DNA of 64,000 nucleotides from Candidatus Poribacteria bacterium (GTDB taxonomy: Bacteria; Poribacteria; WGA-4E; WGA-3G), in the NCBI GenBank assembly GCA_965197475.1, contig CBDANF010000002.1, positions 1,312,001 to 1,376,000 on the forward strand, in the 5' to 3' direction. A program made the position numbers and the translations under genes. The notes below the pieces were generated by a model. That model saw only the letters and a list, made by a program, of their open reading frames with translations, did not search any database and was not told the origin of the DNA. This document shows, piece after piece, positions 17,809 through 29,400 of the stretch. Positions within the stretch are counted from its first letter, which is position 1; every line of letters begins with the position of its first letter.

Positions 17809-20115
17809 ATGCGCAATTGGACTATTACATCTATAATATTGTTTTCTTTCTTTTCTTTGTGTCCGATTATCTCTGCCCAAGAATACGCACATACAACGTT
17901 TATTGGACATGAACGTATTGTTTCAAGTGTAGCGTTTAGTCCTGATGGCAAGATATTAGCAAGTGGCAGTTGGGATTATACTATACGTTTATGGAATGTA
18001 AACACTGGGGAACTTCTCAAAACACTTATTGGGCATGAGAATTGTGTTTCAAGTGTAGCGTTTAGTCCTGATGGCAAGATATTAGCAAGTGGCAGTTGGG
18101 ATCACAGTATCCGAATCTGGGATGTAGACACTGGTAACCATATCCACACACCAGTTCGGAAGGATACTGGAGTAGCCCATTGGGATCGTGTCAGAAGTGT
18201 AGCGTTTAGTCCTGATGGACAAATCCTTGTTGTAGGGAGCCATGATAAAAGTATTAGTCTATGGGATACAAACACTTGGCAAAATCTTAATGGGCGCACT
18301 GAACCACAGGATAAGATTACGAGCGTAAAGTTCAGTCCTGATGGGCAGTATGTCGCGTGTGGAAGTTTGGACGATAATGTCTATTTGTGGGATACAAAAG
18401 GTCAGAATAATACGAATATATGGACACTACATAAAAAACTCAAACACCGGAATGGTATTGCAGGCATCGCGTTTAATCCTGATGGCAAAATTCTTGCTAC
18501 CGGAGCCGGAAAAACTATACGCCTCTGGAATCCTAACACAGGACAACTCCTCAATACACTAGCAGGACATACACACTCTGTTAATCATTTAGCATTCAGC
18601 CGCGACGGACAAACTCTGGCAAGTGGAAGCAGTGGTTACCAAAAAAATATCATTCTCTGGGATGTGAAAACAGGACAACTCCTCAGTACATTAGCTGATA
18701 CCAAAAATCACACCTTCAGTGTGGCATTTAGTCCAGATGGACAAACCCTGGCAAGTGGTGGTTCGATCTTTAACAGTGGTAGAGGTGTTGTGAAATTGTG
18801 GGATTTATACCATGCTTATGTCGAGATTACACCTAATAATATATCAGATACACCAATTATTGGGGATCAGTTCTCAATTAACATAAACATTGCTGATGGA
18901 AAATTAGTCGATGGGTACCAATTCACTGTAGAGTATGATAGCTCAACACTCCGATATCTATCAAGTTCCAATGGTAACTATTTATCAGAAGGAGCATATC
19001 TTGTGCCACCGATTGTATCAGATGATAAAGTGACAATCAGTGCCATTTCTCTTGGAGGAGAAAGTAACGGCAATGGTACGCTTGCTACAGTAACATTTGA
19101 AGCTATAGATTTTAAAGATTCCGTTATCAAAATATCTGATGTAATCCTTACGAATAAAGAAGGAGATAAATTACTTCACCATTTAAATGATACTGTTAAA
19201 CTTGTTAAAGCAGCGGGCGGAGCTTCACCTGCGGTTATCAGCATTACTCCTTCCCTGATACCTGCGAGAGGCACCGGTGAAAACATTGTATTTGATGTAA
19301 ATATTGCTGGTGGGCAAAACATCACTGATTATTACTTTCATTGGGAATATTTTCCAACAACAAGAATGAAAATGTTATCAGTTGATAAGGGTGACTATTT
19401 TACAAATGGTATTGGTAATGGGGATGGTACATTGGCGACAGTAACAATTGAAGTCCTTCGTGTTCATTCTCATTATAGTATTTTGCTGGATGTATATCTT
19501 ATCGGAAAAGACGGTCTTCGTTATATACCAATTCATAAGGCAAGTGATGGGTTTCCAAGGATGGAAGGTCGTATAAATGTTCCAGTAGTTATTCCTGATT
19601 TACCTAATGTTGTAAACATTATACCTTCGTCTCTTCCTCATCCAGGTATTGGCAAGAAAGTAGTCTTTGATGTCAATATTACAGGAGGTCATAATATTGT
19701 TGATTATAAAATGTCTTGGAAATATATCAAAAATAATCTAAAATTAATAAACAATGAATGGAATAATTTTACGAATGCTATTGGGAGTGAAGGAGGAAAA
19801 CTTACAACCACAACATTTGAAACACTTACAGATAAAGACGCAAGTATTGCTGTTGATATATTACTTGTCAATTCTGATAATTTCGTCTACAGAGCTGTAA
19901 ACGAACAGGGTGATCTACCATTTATTGAAATAAAAAAACCAGTTTTCCCACATGGAGATATAAATAAAGATGGTGTTGTTAATATTCAAGACCTTGTATT
20001 AGTGGCATCAAAGTTCGGTGAGGCAGTAGAAGATGATCCCGCAGATGTGAATGGGGATGGGGTTATCAATGTTCAAGACCTTGTCATCGTTGCCAATGCG
20101 CTGGGGAACAATTAA
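17809..20115 (+). CDS. Exported WD40-repeat protein with cohesin-like domains and C-terminal dockerin
   Basis: SD AAGGAG; signal peptide; GH...VAFSPDG..LASGSWD..IRLW repeats; GNGTLATVTF; GDINKDGVVNIQDL and DVNGDGVINVQDL. Confidence 0.9.
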   Translation: MRNWTITSIILFSFFSLCPIISAQEYAHTTFIGHERIVSSVAFSPDGKILASGSWDYTIRLWNVNTGELLKTLIGHENCVSSVAFSPDGKILASGSWDHSIRIWDVDTGNHIHTPVRKDTGVAHWDRVRSVAFSPDGQILVVGSHDKSISLWDTNTWQNLNGRTEPQDKITSVKFSPDGQYVACGSLDDNVYLWDTKGQNNTNIWTLHKKLKHRNGIAGIAFNPDGKILATGAGKTIRLWNPNTGQLLNTLAGHTHSVNHLAFSRDGQTLASGSSGYQKNIILWDVKTGQLLSTLADTKNHTFSVAFSPDGQTLASGGSIFNSGRGVVKLWDLYHAYVEITPNNISDTPIIGDQFSININIADGKLVDGYQFTVEYDSSTLRYLSSSNGNYLSEGAYLVPPIVSDDKVTISAISLGGESNGNGTLATVTFEAIDFKDSVIKISDVILTNKEGDKLLHHLNDTVKLVKAAGGASPAVISITPSLIPARGTGENIVFDVNIAGGQNITDYYFHWEYFPTTRMKMLSVDKGDYFTNGIGNGDGTLATVTIEVLRVHSHYSILLDVYLIGKDGLRYIPIHKASDGFPRMEGRINVPVVIPDLPNVVNIIPSSLPHPGIGKKVVFDVNITGGHNIVDYKMSWKYIKNNLKLINNEWNNFTNAIGSEGGKLTTTTFETLTDKDASIAVDILLVNSDNFVYRAVNEQGDLPFIEIKKPVFPHGDINKDGVVNIQDLVLVASKFGEAVEDDPADVNGDGVINVQDLVIVANALGNN

Positions 20116-20396
20116 AATCAGGGTGTAGACATTATAGCGTTTTAATTGTGGTTCTTATCGGTCTGTGGTAAGTCTTAAGTTCGTGGATTGCACTCTACTC
20201 AATCTAAATTTATACTTACACTCGGATTTTAATATTGAACCCATGTTTAGATTAAATTTTTGATATGGTGTTATGATATACCTCTCAATTAAATCATTAA
20301 TGTCTATTTTACTGCGGTGTTTCCGATTATGTCATAAGGACTGTGAAGGCTGGAATGAATATGAATTTTTCTGCTCTCAACCATTGAAGTAAAATC

Positions 20397-21071
20397 ATGA
20401 AAATTTCAGTCATCATTCCTGTATTGAATGAAGAAGGCGCGATCGCAAATGTCATCAACGATATTCCAAAATCGTTAGTCCAAGAAATTATCGTTGTTGA
20501 CAATGGATGTACTGACCGCACCGTAGAAATAGCACGCAAACATGGCGCAAAAGTCGTGGCTGAGCCGCAAAGAGGCTATGGCAGTGCATGTCTTGCAGGA
20601 ATTGCAGCTGTTCATACAGCAGATATAGTAGTGTTTTTAGATGGTGATTATAGCGATGACCCAACGGAGATGCCATTGCTTGTTCAACCGATCCAAGACG
20701 GTCTCGCGGAGTTTGTTATCGGCACACGCGTCCCAACTGAAAAGGGAGCATTGCTACCACAAGCAAGGTTCGGAAACAAACTCGCAACCTTCTTAATGCG
20801 AATCTTCTTTGGGGTAAAGTACACCGATTTAGGTCCCTTTCGTGCTATCCGTTACGAACAACTCCAAGCATTGGACATGCAGGATAAAAATTTCGGATGG
20901 ACAATAGAGATGCAACTCAAAGCAGCCAAAATGGGAATGAATGTCCGTGAGGTACCAGTTAGTTATCGCAAACGTATCGGCACATCAAAAATCAGTGGGA
21001 CCTTCACTGGAAGTATCCGAGCTGGTGCTAAAATACTTATAACGCTCTTCCGATATGGAATACTTCGTTGA
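20397..21071 (+). CDS. Glycosyltransferase family 2
   Basis: VIIPVLNEE; VVDNG; FLDGD; TDLGPFRAI. Confidence 0.9.
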   Translation: MKISVIIPVLNEEGAIANVINDIPKSLVQEIIVVDNGCTDRTVEIARKHGAKVVAEPQRGYGSACLAGIAAVHTADIVVFLDGDYSDDPTEMPLLVQPIQDGLAEFVIGTRVPTEKGALLPQARFGNKLATFLMRIFFGVKYTDLGPFRAIRYEQLQALDMQDKNFGWTIEMQLKAAKMGMNVREVPVSYRKRIGTSKISGTFTGSIRAGAKILITLFRYGILR

Positions 21072-21132
21072 TTATCTGCTGAAGTGAGAGTTCGGTTTTG
21101 CAGGTAGGGTTGGCAACCTCTGGACAAAGAAA

Positions 21133-22104
21133 ATGAAAAATTTCAGGACAGAACAATTCTGGTGTGTCAAACAAATTCATATCTTCCGTGGCCTTTCCGA
21201 TGTAGATACTCGGGCATTAGCGAAGATAACCACATTCAAAAATCTAAAACACAAGGAACGTATTTGTGCAGAAGGGGTTTATCTAATTAAAGAGGGGCGC
21301 GTTAAAATTTCTGAAAATCTGCCAGATACTGATCCTAAGAAGATTGGAAATCGTTCTGTTAATTCAGATTCAAGCAAAAATCAGGAAACGAAAGAGGTGC
21401 TGGAACCAGGCGAGATATTTGGTGCTGTTTCCGATGATGAAGAGGTTTTGAATGGGAATCCAAATTCACCCACCTTCGCGGAAACTTTGACAGAGGTTTG
21501 TGTCGGCATTGTTACTACCCGCAACTTTTTGTTTTTTCTCAAACGGAAACCGCATTTAGCACTACCGCTGCAACGTAGGATACAGTTAGGGTTCTCTAAT
21601 GTGTTAGGAACGTCCAACAATCCTTTTTTCATCGGATACAAAAATAAAAAGCAGGAATGGCATTTCAGTTCACATAACATATTGAAAAGACCCACAACGC
21701 CAGACAGGAGGCGGACCAACGTATTTGGAGACATTATGTTCCGATGTGCGTCCTCTCGTCTTGCCCTATTATTACAGAACCTTGCTTCGGTCCCAAATAG
21801 AAATGGTGTTGTGTTTGTGCCTCGCTTGTCAACCAAACGCATGTCGAAATTAATTGGAAGTTCAACGGAAACAATTGATACACTATTAAAAACGTTCAAA
21901 CAGTATAATGTGATTGATACACGGTGGGGACAGATTCAGATTTTGAATGCATGGCAGTTAAAGAAAATTGCGGATGCGCGGATGAAAACATTATCACCCC
22001 AAGTGCCTACCACCACTTCCAACGATGATATTGATTTGGAAATGTTCGCTAATCTTCAAAACGAGGAAAACAGTGATGCTATTTCCACCGTATCTTCAAG
22101 GTAA
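21133..22104 (+). CDS. Crp/Fnr-family transcriptional regulator (divergent)
   Basis: IFRGLS; VYLIKEGRVKI; LEPGEIFG; C-terminal HTH (MSKLIGSSTETI). Confidence 0.7.
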   Translation: MKNFRTEQFWCVKQIHIFRGLSDVDTRALAKITTFKNLKHKERICAEGVYLIKEGRVKISENLPDTDPKKIGNRSVNSDSSKNQETKEVLEPGEIFGAVSDDEEVLNGNPNSPTFAETLTEVCVGIVTTRNFLFFLKRKPHLALPLQRRIQLGFSNVLGTSNNPFFIGYKNKKQEWHFSSHNILKRPTTPDRRRTNVFGDIMFRCASSRLALLLQNLASVPNRNGVVFVPRLSTKRMSKLIGSSTETIDTLLKTFKQYNVIDTRWGQIQILNAWQLKKIADARMKTLSPQVPTTTSNDDIDLEMFANLQNEENSDAISTVSSR

Positions 22105-22157
22105 AACTTCGTTCACGTTACTAAAACACAACAGTAGAAACTGGTAATTTATAGAAT

Positions 22158-23534
22158 ATGAAAAACAAAAATCCGTATCTAAATATTGACCAGCAAATGG
22201 TCGGTGATATCTACACGAACCGTGAGGTCATGGAAAACCTAACCGTTTTATGTGATGACTTCGGTTCCCGTTTTGCGGGAACCCCTGAAGAATACAAGGC
22301 GGCTACTTTTATCTCTGAAACATTTACCCGCTACGGGCTCAAGAATGTTAGATTAGAGGAATACCCCTACGCAGGTTGGTCACGCGGTACTGCCACCCTC
22401 ACAATCACCGAACCTATCGAACGGACTTTGCACTGCATTTCGCTTCCCTACTGTCCCGCAGGCGATATTACTTGCGAACTCGTTTCTGTAGGATATGGAA
22501 GTCCAGTGGAATACAGTGAACTTTGCGAAACAGCTGCCGGTAAACTGATAATGGCGAAAAGTGCTTCACCGAGAAACTTGGGTAGATGGGTGCATCGAAA
22601 GGAAAAATATGAGCGCGCTGTTCTCAGTGGTGCAAGTGCTTTCATTTTTGTGAGTGAACACCCCGGCGTTGGCCCTGAAACCGGAAGCCTTCAAAATAAC
22701 AGACCCGCACCTATCCCTGGTATCTCAGTTTGCAAGGAAGATGGTGATTTTCTAACACGATGCATTGACCGCTACGGAAAGGTGACAATGCGTCTGCAAA
22801 CGACAGACATTAACGAACCCCGCACCTCATGGAACGTCGTTGCTGACCTGCCGGGGAAGGAAATTCCTGAAGAGATGATTGTTTTAGGGTGCCATTACGA
22901 TGGACACGACATCGCGCAAGGGGCACACGACCCTGCCTCAGGTATGGTATCCGTCATAGAGGCGGCGCGCGTCTTATCTACCTACACAGCGGATCTGTTA
23001 AAACGGACTATCCGATTTATCGCCTTTGGAACAGAGGAAATCGGACTTACTGGGGCACTTCGTTATGTTGAAGCACATGCAAACGAGTTGGATAATATCC
23101 GGTTCATGCTGAATATGGACGCAGCTGGCGGTACGAGTCGAAAAGGAATCGTTTTACATCATTGGAAAACGTTGGAACCTTTCTTTAACACAGCACAACA
23201 ACAGATGCATGTAGATATGCCTATCGGACAGAAGGTGCATTCCTACTCCGACCATTTTCCGTTTTTCCTTGAGGGTGTGCCTTCATGCCACATGGGGGAC
23301 CCTACTTCTGCTCCGTCTGGACGTGGGTTTGGACATACTGCTTATGACACGCTCGAAAAGGTGGAATTAGAAAATCTTCGGCGCGCAAGTTCAGTCGGAG
23401 CAAGGATAGCACTCAGAAGTGCAAATGCTGAAAAATTTCCCGCAAAACGCCGTTCTCAAGAAGATGTTCAAGAAATCGTTGATACTGACCCAGGGTTAGA
23501 AGGGTATCGCATTTCCCTGAAATTGAAAACGTAG
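22158..23534 (+). CDS. M28 family metallopeptidase (PA domain)
   Basis: GSRFAGT; GCHYDG; GAHD; EEIGLTG; NMD; SDHFPF; GHTAYD. Confidence 0.9.
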   Translation: MKNKNPYLNIDQQMVGDIYTNREVMENLTVLCDDFGSRFAGTPEEYKAATFISETFTRYGLKNVRLEEYPYAGWSRGTATLTITEPIERTLHCISLPYCPAGDITCELVSVGYGSPVEYSELCETAAGKLIMAKSASPRNLGRWVHRKEKYERAVLSGASAFIFVSEHPGVGPETGSLQNNRPAPIPGISVCKEDGDFLTRCIDRYGKVTMRLQTTDINEPRTSWNVVADLPGKEIPEEMIVLGCHYDGHDIAQGAHDPASGMVSVIEAARVLSTYTADLLKRTIRFIAFGTEEIGLTGALRYVEAHANELDNIRFMLNMDAAGGTSRKGIVLHHWKTLEPFFNTAQQQMHVDMPIGQKVHSYSDHFPFFLEGVPSCHMGDPTSAPSGRGFGHTAYDTLEKVELENLRRASSVGARIALRSANAEKFPAKRRSQEDVQEIVDTDPGLEGYRISLKLKT

Positions 23535-23564
23535 ACGGTTCAGAGGCACCGCAAAGGAGATTTT

Positions 23565-25013
23565 GTGACTGTGACAAAACAAATAAAGGAAAGCAAGATG
23601 ATGAGCAAATTCCTTTCATATACTGTGCTGCTTTATGGGGTAATTGCTTCACTGTTTAGTTTTTCGCTTCTACCAGATGGACACGCTGAACAGGACATCC
23701 AACGTGCCGTTACGCAATCGAGACGAACGGCAATCGTAACAGCAGTTGAACGGGCGAGTCCCGCGGTTGTCAATATAAGTGCGATACGGAGTGTGACGCA
23801 GCTTACATCCTTTGACGAATGGTTTTGGGGAGACGCACCCAGACGTTCCCTGCGTGAGGTCGGGTCAGGTGTAATTATCAATAAAGACGGTCATATCCTT
23901 ACGAACCATCACGTCATTGAAGAGGCTGAGAGGATCAAAGTTACCATCGCTGACGGGCGGGAACTTGATGCACAGATAATCGGATACGATTTCCTTTCTG
24001 ACCTCGCACTTTTAAAGGTCAATACTACAGAAACTCTACCTAAAATTAAGTGGGGGGATTCCGATAATTTACTCATTGGTGAATGGGCACTTGCAATCGG
24101 AAATCCTTTCGGACTCTCAATTGGCACGGCGCAACCTACGGTAACGGTTGGTATTGTCAGTGCAACGCAACGTTCTCTGACAGTAGACAACCGTTTCTAT
24201 GAAGCACTGATTCAGACAGATGCCTCTGTTAACCCTGGAAACAGCGGCGGAGCTCTGGTAAATGTACACGGCGAACTCATCGGTATAAACACCGTCATCC
24301 GTTCAACCAGTGGTGGGTCGCAAGGTGTTGGCTTTGCAATACCTGTGAACAAAACAAGAAAGGTAATCCAGCAGGTTCTTGAGCGCGGATGTGTTATTCC
24401 ACCCTACTTAGGGCTGGAAATACAGTCTGTAACTGAGGAGGTGGCGGAAAAACTTTTGGGAAGAGAGGCTTCACAAAACTCAGTCTTTTCTCGCGGGGTT
24501 TTAGTATCGGAACTGGAGAAACAGAGTCCTATTGGTACTGCTGGTATTAAACGAGGCGATATCATCTGGTCCGTCTCGGGACATCGGATAAAGGATGAAA
24601 CCGACTTTATGGCAGTTGTTCGCTTGCTTCCACTTAACCAATCTATTAAATGTGAATTCATCCGGCGTGGAAAAAAGAGAGAAACCACCTTGAAACTAAA
24701 GACGTTGGAATGGAAGTACACACCACGCGGTTGGGGATTGACCCTTACACAGCCTGACAAGGATAAAGCACAAAGATATAAACATCGCGGTGTCGTCATC
24801 TCACATATTGAAAAAGGAAGTGGATTGGCAGGAATTCTCAAGAAAGGGGATATCATCTATCAAATAAACGATATCACAATTTACACCCTCGAAATTTTTA
24901 AAATTGTGGACACACGAATCCGAACGCGGAACAGAATTCAACTCTACTTTGAGAGAGACGGTGTAACTGACAATATCCCTATCACTTTTAATAGGAACAA
25001 TCGCTGGAGATAA
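23565..25013 (+). CDS. HtrA/DegP-like serine protease with PDZ domains
   Basis: TNHHVI; SDLALL; IQTDASVNPGNSGGAL; the start may instead be ATG 23598. Confidence 0.9.
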   Translation: MTVTKQIKESKMMSKFLSYTVLLYGVIASLFSFSLLPDGHAEQDIQRAVTQSRRTAIVTAVERASPAVVNISAIRSVTQLTSFDEWFWGDAPRRSLREVGSGVIINKDGHILTNHHVIEEAERIKVTIADGRELDAQIIGYDFLSDLALLKVNTTETLPKIKWGDSDNLLIGEWALAIGNPFGLSIGTAQPTVTVGIVSATQRSLTVDNRFYEALIQTDASVNPGNSGGALVNVHGELIGINTVIRSTSGGSQGVGFAIPVNKTRKVIQQVLERGCVIPPYLGLEIQSVTEEVAEKLLGREASQNSVFSRGVLVSELEKQSPIGTAGIKRGDIIWSVSGHRIKDETDFMAVVRLLPLNQSIKCEFIRRGKKRETTLKLKTLEWKYTPRGWGLTLTQPDKDKAQRYKHRGVVISHIEKGSGLAGILKKGDIIYQINDITIYTLEIFKIVDTRIRTRNRIQLYFERDGVTDNIPITFNRNNRWR

Positions 25014-25136
25014 GTGTTTTAAGGGTAATAGAACGAACACGGAGAGGCCGCTGTTCAGTGGAAAATATAAAGGACAGAGATAGTACCTCAATCATCCGAA
25101 TATGATACTAATGTCATCAAACTACAACATTGGAGA

Positions 25137-25859
25137 ATGAAAATGAAATTGCAGCTACCCATACTCATTATCGTCTGTTTGTCCGTTGTATTGATTCTCA
25201 CCATCCATTTCTTGGGGGGCAAGAACACGCAATCCGCTGTAGAACCTATCAAGGAGAGCGAAGAGTTTAATGTAGTTCGGGATGATGCGGAGAACGCATA
25301 TAACGCACAAAATTTCAATCAAGCTATCGAACTTTATGAACAGGCATTAGAGTTACGCCCTGAAAATGCTGAAATATATAACGACCTTGGATCAGCTCAC
25401 TACGATCTCGGACTGAAATATTCAGGACCGAAATGGCCGTCATGGGAGATTCAGGACAAATCGATTGAAGGCGCGTCGGCAGAACTTGACCGTGCTATTC
25501 AAATAATAGAGTCTGGATATATCGTCTTGGAAACGAGTTCGTCTGAAATAGCAAAAGCAGTTGAAGAACATGCAAAGGCGAAAGGAGCTGCTGTTTTTCC
25601 TTACTTTGGAAACACCCAGACCACTCTCAATATTCTGATTGGTTCTACAAAAGATCATTTACTACAAGCGCATTGGTTATATCTTAAGTCAATAGAGTTT
25701 AAATCTATTTATGCCGCTCCATATCGCAATCTCGGTTCGCTTTATATGAAAATCGGTATTAGAGATAAGGCTATCAATTATTTGCAAGAAGCATACAAAC
25801 GTGAACCGAGTGATGAAAAACTCGCGGACTATCTGATCCAATTCAGAAGAGGATTTTAG
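25137..25859 (+). CDS. Membrane-anchored TPR protein
   Basis: N-terminal TM segment; AIELYEQALELRPENAEIYNDLG and YRNLGSLY...AINYLQEAY TPR motifs. Confidence 0.8.
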   Translation: MKMKLQLPILIIVCLSVVLILTIHFLGGKNTQSAVEPIKESEEFNVVRDDAENAYNAQNFNQAIELYEQALELRPENAEIYNDLGSAHYDLGLKYSGPKWPSWEIQDKSIEGASAELDRAIQIIESGYIVLETSSSEIAKAVEEHAKAKGAAVFPYFGNTQTTLNILIGSTKDHLLQAHWLYLKSIEFKSIYAAPYRNLGSLYMKIGIRDKAINYLQEAYKREPSDEKLADYLIQFRRGF

Positions 25860-25870
25860 CCGCTGACTCT

Positions 25871-26406
25871 TATAGTACGATTTTGTAAATACACCGGAAT
25901 TTAATACAATAAACTAACTGTATGCTTAATTGGCGAACGCAATAAACGTTCACCTTTTGAATAGCCAGTATTACACGAAATCGTAAATCTATACATTTGT
26001 GACCGATGTAGTTGAAACGAACATCACATCTCGTGTGAAGAATACCTGACATTTCTCACAATTGTTCGGCTCATGTAAAAAATAAGTGCAAATGAAACTT
26101 TTTACCCCTATGACCATTGACTTCGTGAAAACAAACGCACACACATTTTACATGAGTGAAGTTTTTCTAATTCCTCTAAACCTAATAACATCAATACGAA
26201 ATACCTATAAAAAACCCATTTAATGGACAATTTATTCTATTTTGTATTGAAAATAAAGTGCTTTTTTCACATAATGGAGGTTTATCAATTAGTATTTTTT
26301 AGCATTTTCATAACCGCGTATTGAGAGACCATAGATAGATACTGATTTCTGAGTGCTTTTGAGAAATATCAGAATACTTACAATACATTACGGAGTCCGT
26401 GCTATA
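25871..26406. mobile_element. Possible non-coding MITE-like element with TATAG termini
   Basis: TATAGTACGATTTTGTAA at the left and TTACGGAGTCCGTGCTATA at the right (imperfect IR resembling the IS630 ends). Confidence 0.3.
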
Positions 26407-26423
26407 GATACAAAATAGCAATT

Positions 26424-29400
26424 ATGGAAAGTCTAACGCAAATACGTTGCGCAAATTGTGGTTTTATGAACCCAGCAGTCAAGTTTTGTGGGGACTGTGG
26501 TCGCACACTTGATGATACAAACACACCGCTCAGTGCAACTCCTATCAGCAAGGCAGAAAGACGACAACTGACAGTTCTGTTCTGTGATGTCATAGATTCA
26601 ACCGCCTTGACAGAACAATTGGATCCAGAGGATTTACGACAAGTGTTAGATGCCTATCGAGCATCTGTCGCTGCGGTTGTTTTAGAATACGATGGACACA
26701 TCGCGCGTTATTTTGGCGATGGTATCCTTGTTTACTTCGGGTATCCGAGCGCACATGAAGACGCAACACGTCGGGCTGTACAGGTAGCACTAGGCATTGT
26801 TGCCGGTTTAGAAGATCTGAATTCGCGTTTGATAGAGACATTTGGTATCCAGATACAGGTGCGCCTAAGTATTGACACTGGTTTGGTAGTTGTGTGGGAG
26901 GTAGGAATACCTACAGGTAAACCAGGTGACCACCTCTCTTCTCTGGAGCGTTACCACGGTGATGCGATAGACATTGTGGGAAAAACTCCAAATATCGCTG
27001 CCCGAATGCAGCAAGTTGCGCCTCCGAACGGTATCGTGATTGGTGACACCACGCTCAGGCTGATTGAAGGTTTTTTTACACATAAAGACTTGGGCACATT
27101 AGCACTGAAAGGAATTTCACAACCGGTTCCAATTTATCAGATACTCGGTGAACACCCGGATAGTGCGCTCCCCGCTTTCAGACGCGAGCAGGCTACGCTT
27201 CCGCTGCAAAGCAACGTAACTCCTTTAATTGGAAGAACCCGACAAGTTTCAACCCTAAAAACCCGTTGGAAGCACGCCGCAGCCTCATCAGGGCAAGTTA
27301 TATTGATTGAGGGTGAAGCAGGTATTGGCAAGTCACGCATTGTTACTGTTATTGCTGAACAAGCGGCTGAGGTTGATGCCCAAATTTTGGAGTGTCGTGG
27401 TTCACCAGATTCACAAAATAGTCCGCTCTATCCAATTCTGTCGCTCTTGCGACAACAACTCTTTCGGTTCGGTGAGATGGACACAGGAAATACACGACTG
27501 AAAAAACTGGAACAATTTTTAAATACACATGAATTCTCATTAAATCTACTCCCTCTTTTGGCAGAACTTTTAGAGATAGACGGTGACTACCGAACCCTGG
27601 AACTGAAACCGGAACAACGCCGCCGACGGACGTTACAAGCACTTGTGCAGATTTTCCTGAAAACTGCACAACGAAAATCGCTTTTATTGATTGCCGAAGA
27701 TTTACATTGGGCTGATCCGTCTACATTAGAGTTTCTACATCTGTTAATTTCTCGAATAGAAACCGCACCTATCCTTGCAATCTTGACTTCGCGGGCAGAA
27801 ATGGGTGTTAATCAGGATAGCACACAAGCTGAAGGTAGAGCGAAACTGAAAACGCTTGCCGAGTTAAAGTGGGTAACCCAAATGCCGTTGAAACGTTTAA
27901 ACCGAAGACAGGTGTCGCAAATGATTGCGGAGGTTGCGGGGGATCATCAGATACCTCCAGATGTATCTAAACAAATTGCAGCAAAAACAGAAGGCGTACC
28001 GTTGTTTGTAGAAGAATTAACGCGCATGGCACTCGAATCTGACCTGCCAAATATTGATGTTTCAACAGAGATACCGGCCACACTGCAAGCATCTTTGACG
28101 GCACGACTTGACCGACTTGGCTCGCGAAAAGAACTCGTTCAACTTGGGGCAACACTTGGTAGGGATTGGACAGCGGAACTTCTACATAAGGTTATCGTAA
28201 GTATGACTGAAGAACCTGATGCAGGTGAGTTTCTTGCACACCCTGACCAATTTGCGGCATTTCGCCCACTTCTAGACCAGAAAGATAATCTCACATGGCT
28301 CGAAAAAGAATTACAGCAGCTTGTTGAAGCAGAGATATTGAGGTGTCGACAAACTCATGAAAACAAACTAATTTATACTTTCAAGCATCCGTTGATCCGT
28401 GAGACCGCATATCAAGCATTACTCAAGAGTACGCGACACGCTTATCACCGCCGGATTGCAACCGTGTTACGGAAGTCATTCGGGGATGTCGTTCGGGCAC
28501 AACCGGAGTTGGTCGCATATCACTACACGGAGGGTGAGCTACCGGAGCGGGCTATTGAATTTTGGCAACAAGCAGGACAACGGGCGGTAGAACGATCTGC
28601 AAATGTTGAGGGGGTTCGTCATTTGACGCAGGGGTTAACTTTGTTAGAAACATTTCCTGAAACCTCCGCACGTGCAGCGCGCGAATTGGTAATTCAAACA
28701 ACATTGGGCCCCGCGCTCATCGCAACGATGGGTTATGCCGCACTTGAAGTAGAAAAAACATATACACGCGCAAAAGCACTGTTAGAAACGATGCCAAATA
28801 ACGAACGCATGCCCCTCCGATTCCCGATTTTGTTTGGATTATGGCTCACCTATTTAGTGCAAGCAAAGCTACAAACTGCCCGTGAACTCGGAGAACAGTG
28901 TCTTGTGATGGCACAACAACAAGCAAATACGGTGTTGGAAGTTGAAGCACACAGAGCATTAGGTGCCACACTTTTTTATCTCGGCGAGTTAAAAATGGCA
29001 CGCGCTCACGTTGAAGCGGGAATTTCACGCTATAACCCGCATCAACACCCTGTGCATGCTTTTTTTCATTATCTTGCTGACCCGGGGATGACCTTACACG
29101 CTTATGCTGCGCCGTTAGTGTGGTGTTTAGGATACCCCGAACAAGCCGTGGCACAACTTCAAGCATCACAGCAGATGGGTGAGGAACGCCCACATCCGTT
29201 TAGCCAAGTAGTTTCCTTACATTTTGGCGCACTGCTGTACCAATTACGCCGAGACGGGGACAAAGTAAATGCTTACGCTACAGAGCTACTCGCGATTTGC
29301 AAAGAACACGGTTTTTCTGTCTGGGAGCCAACGGGTAGAATAATGAAAGGGTGGGCACTTCAACAGAATTCTGAAGGTACACACGAAGAAGAAATAGCCT

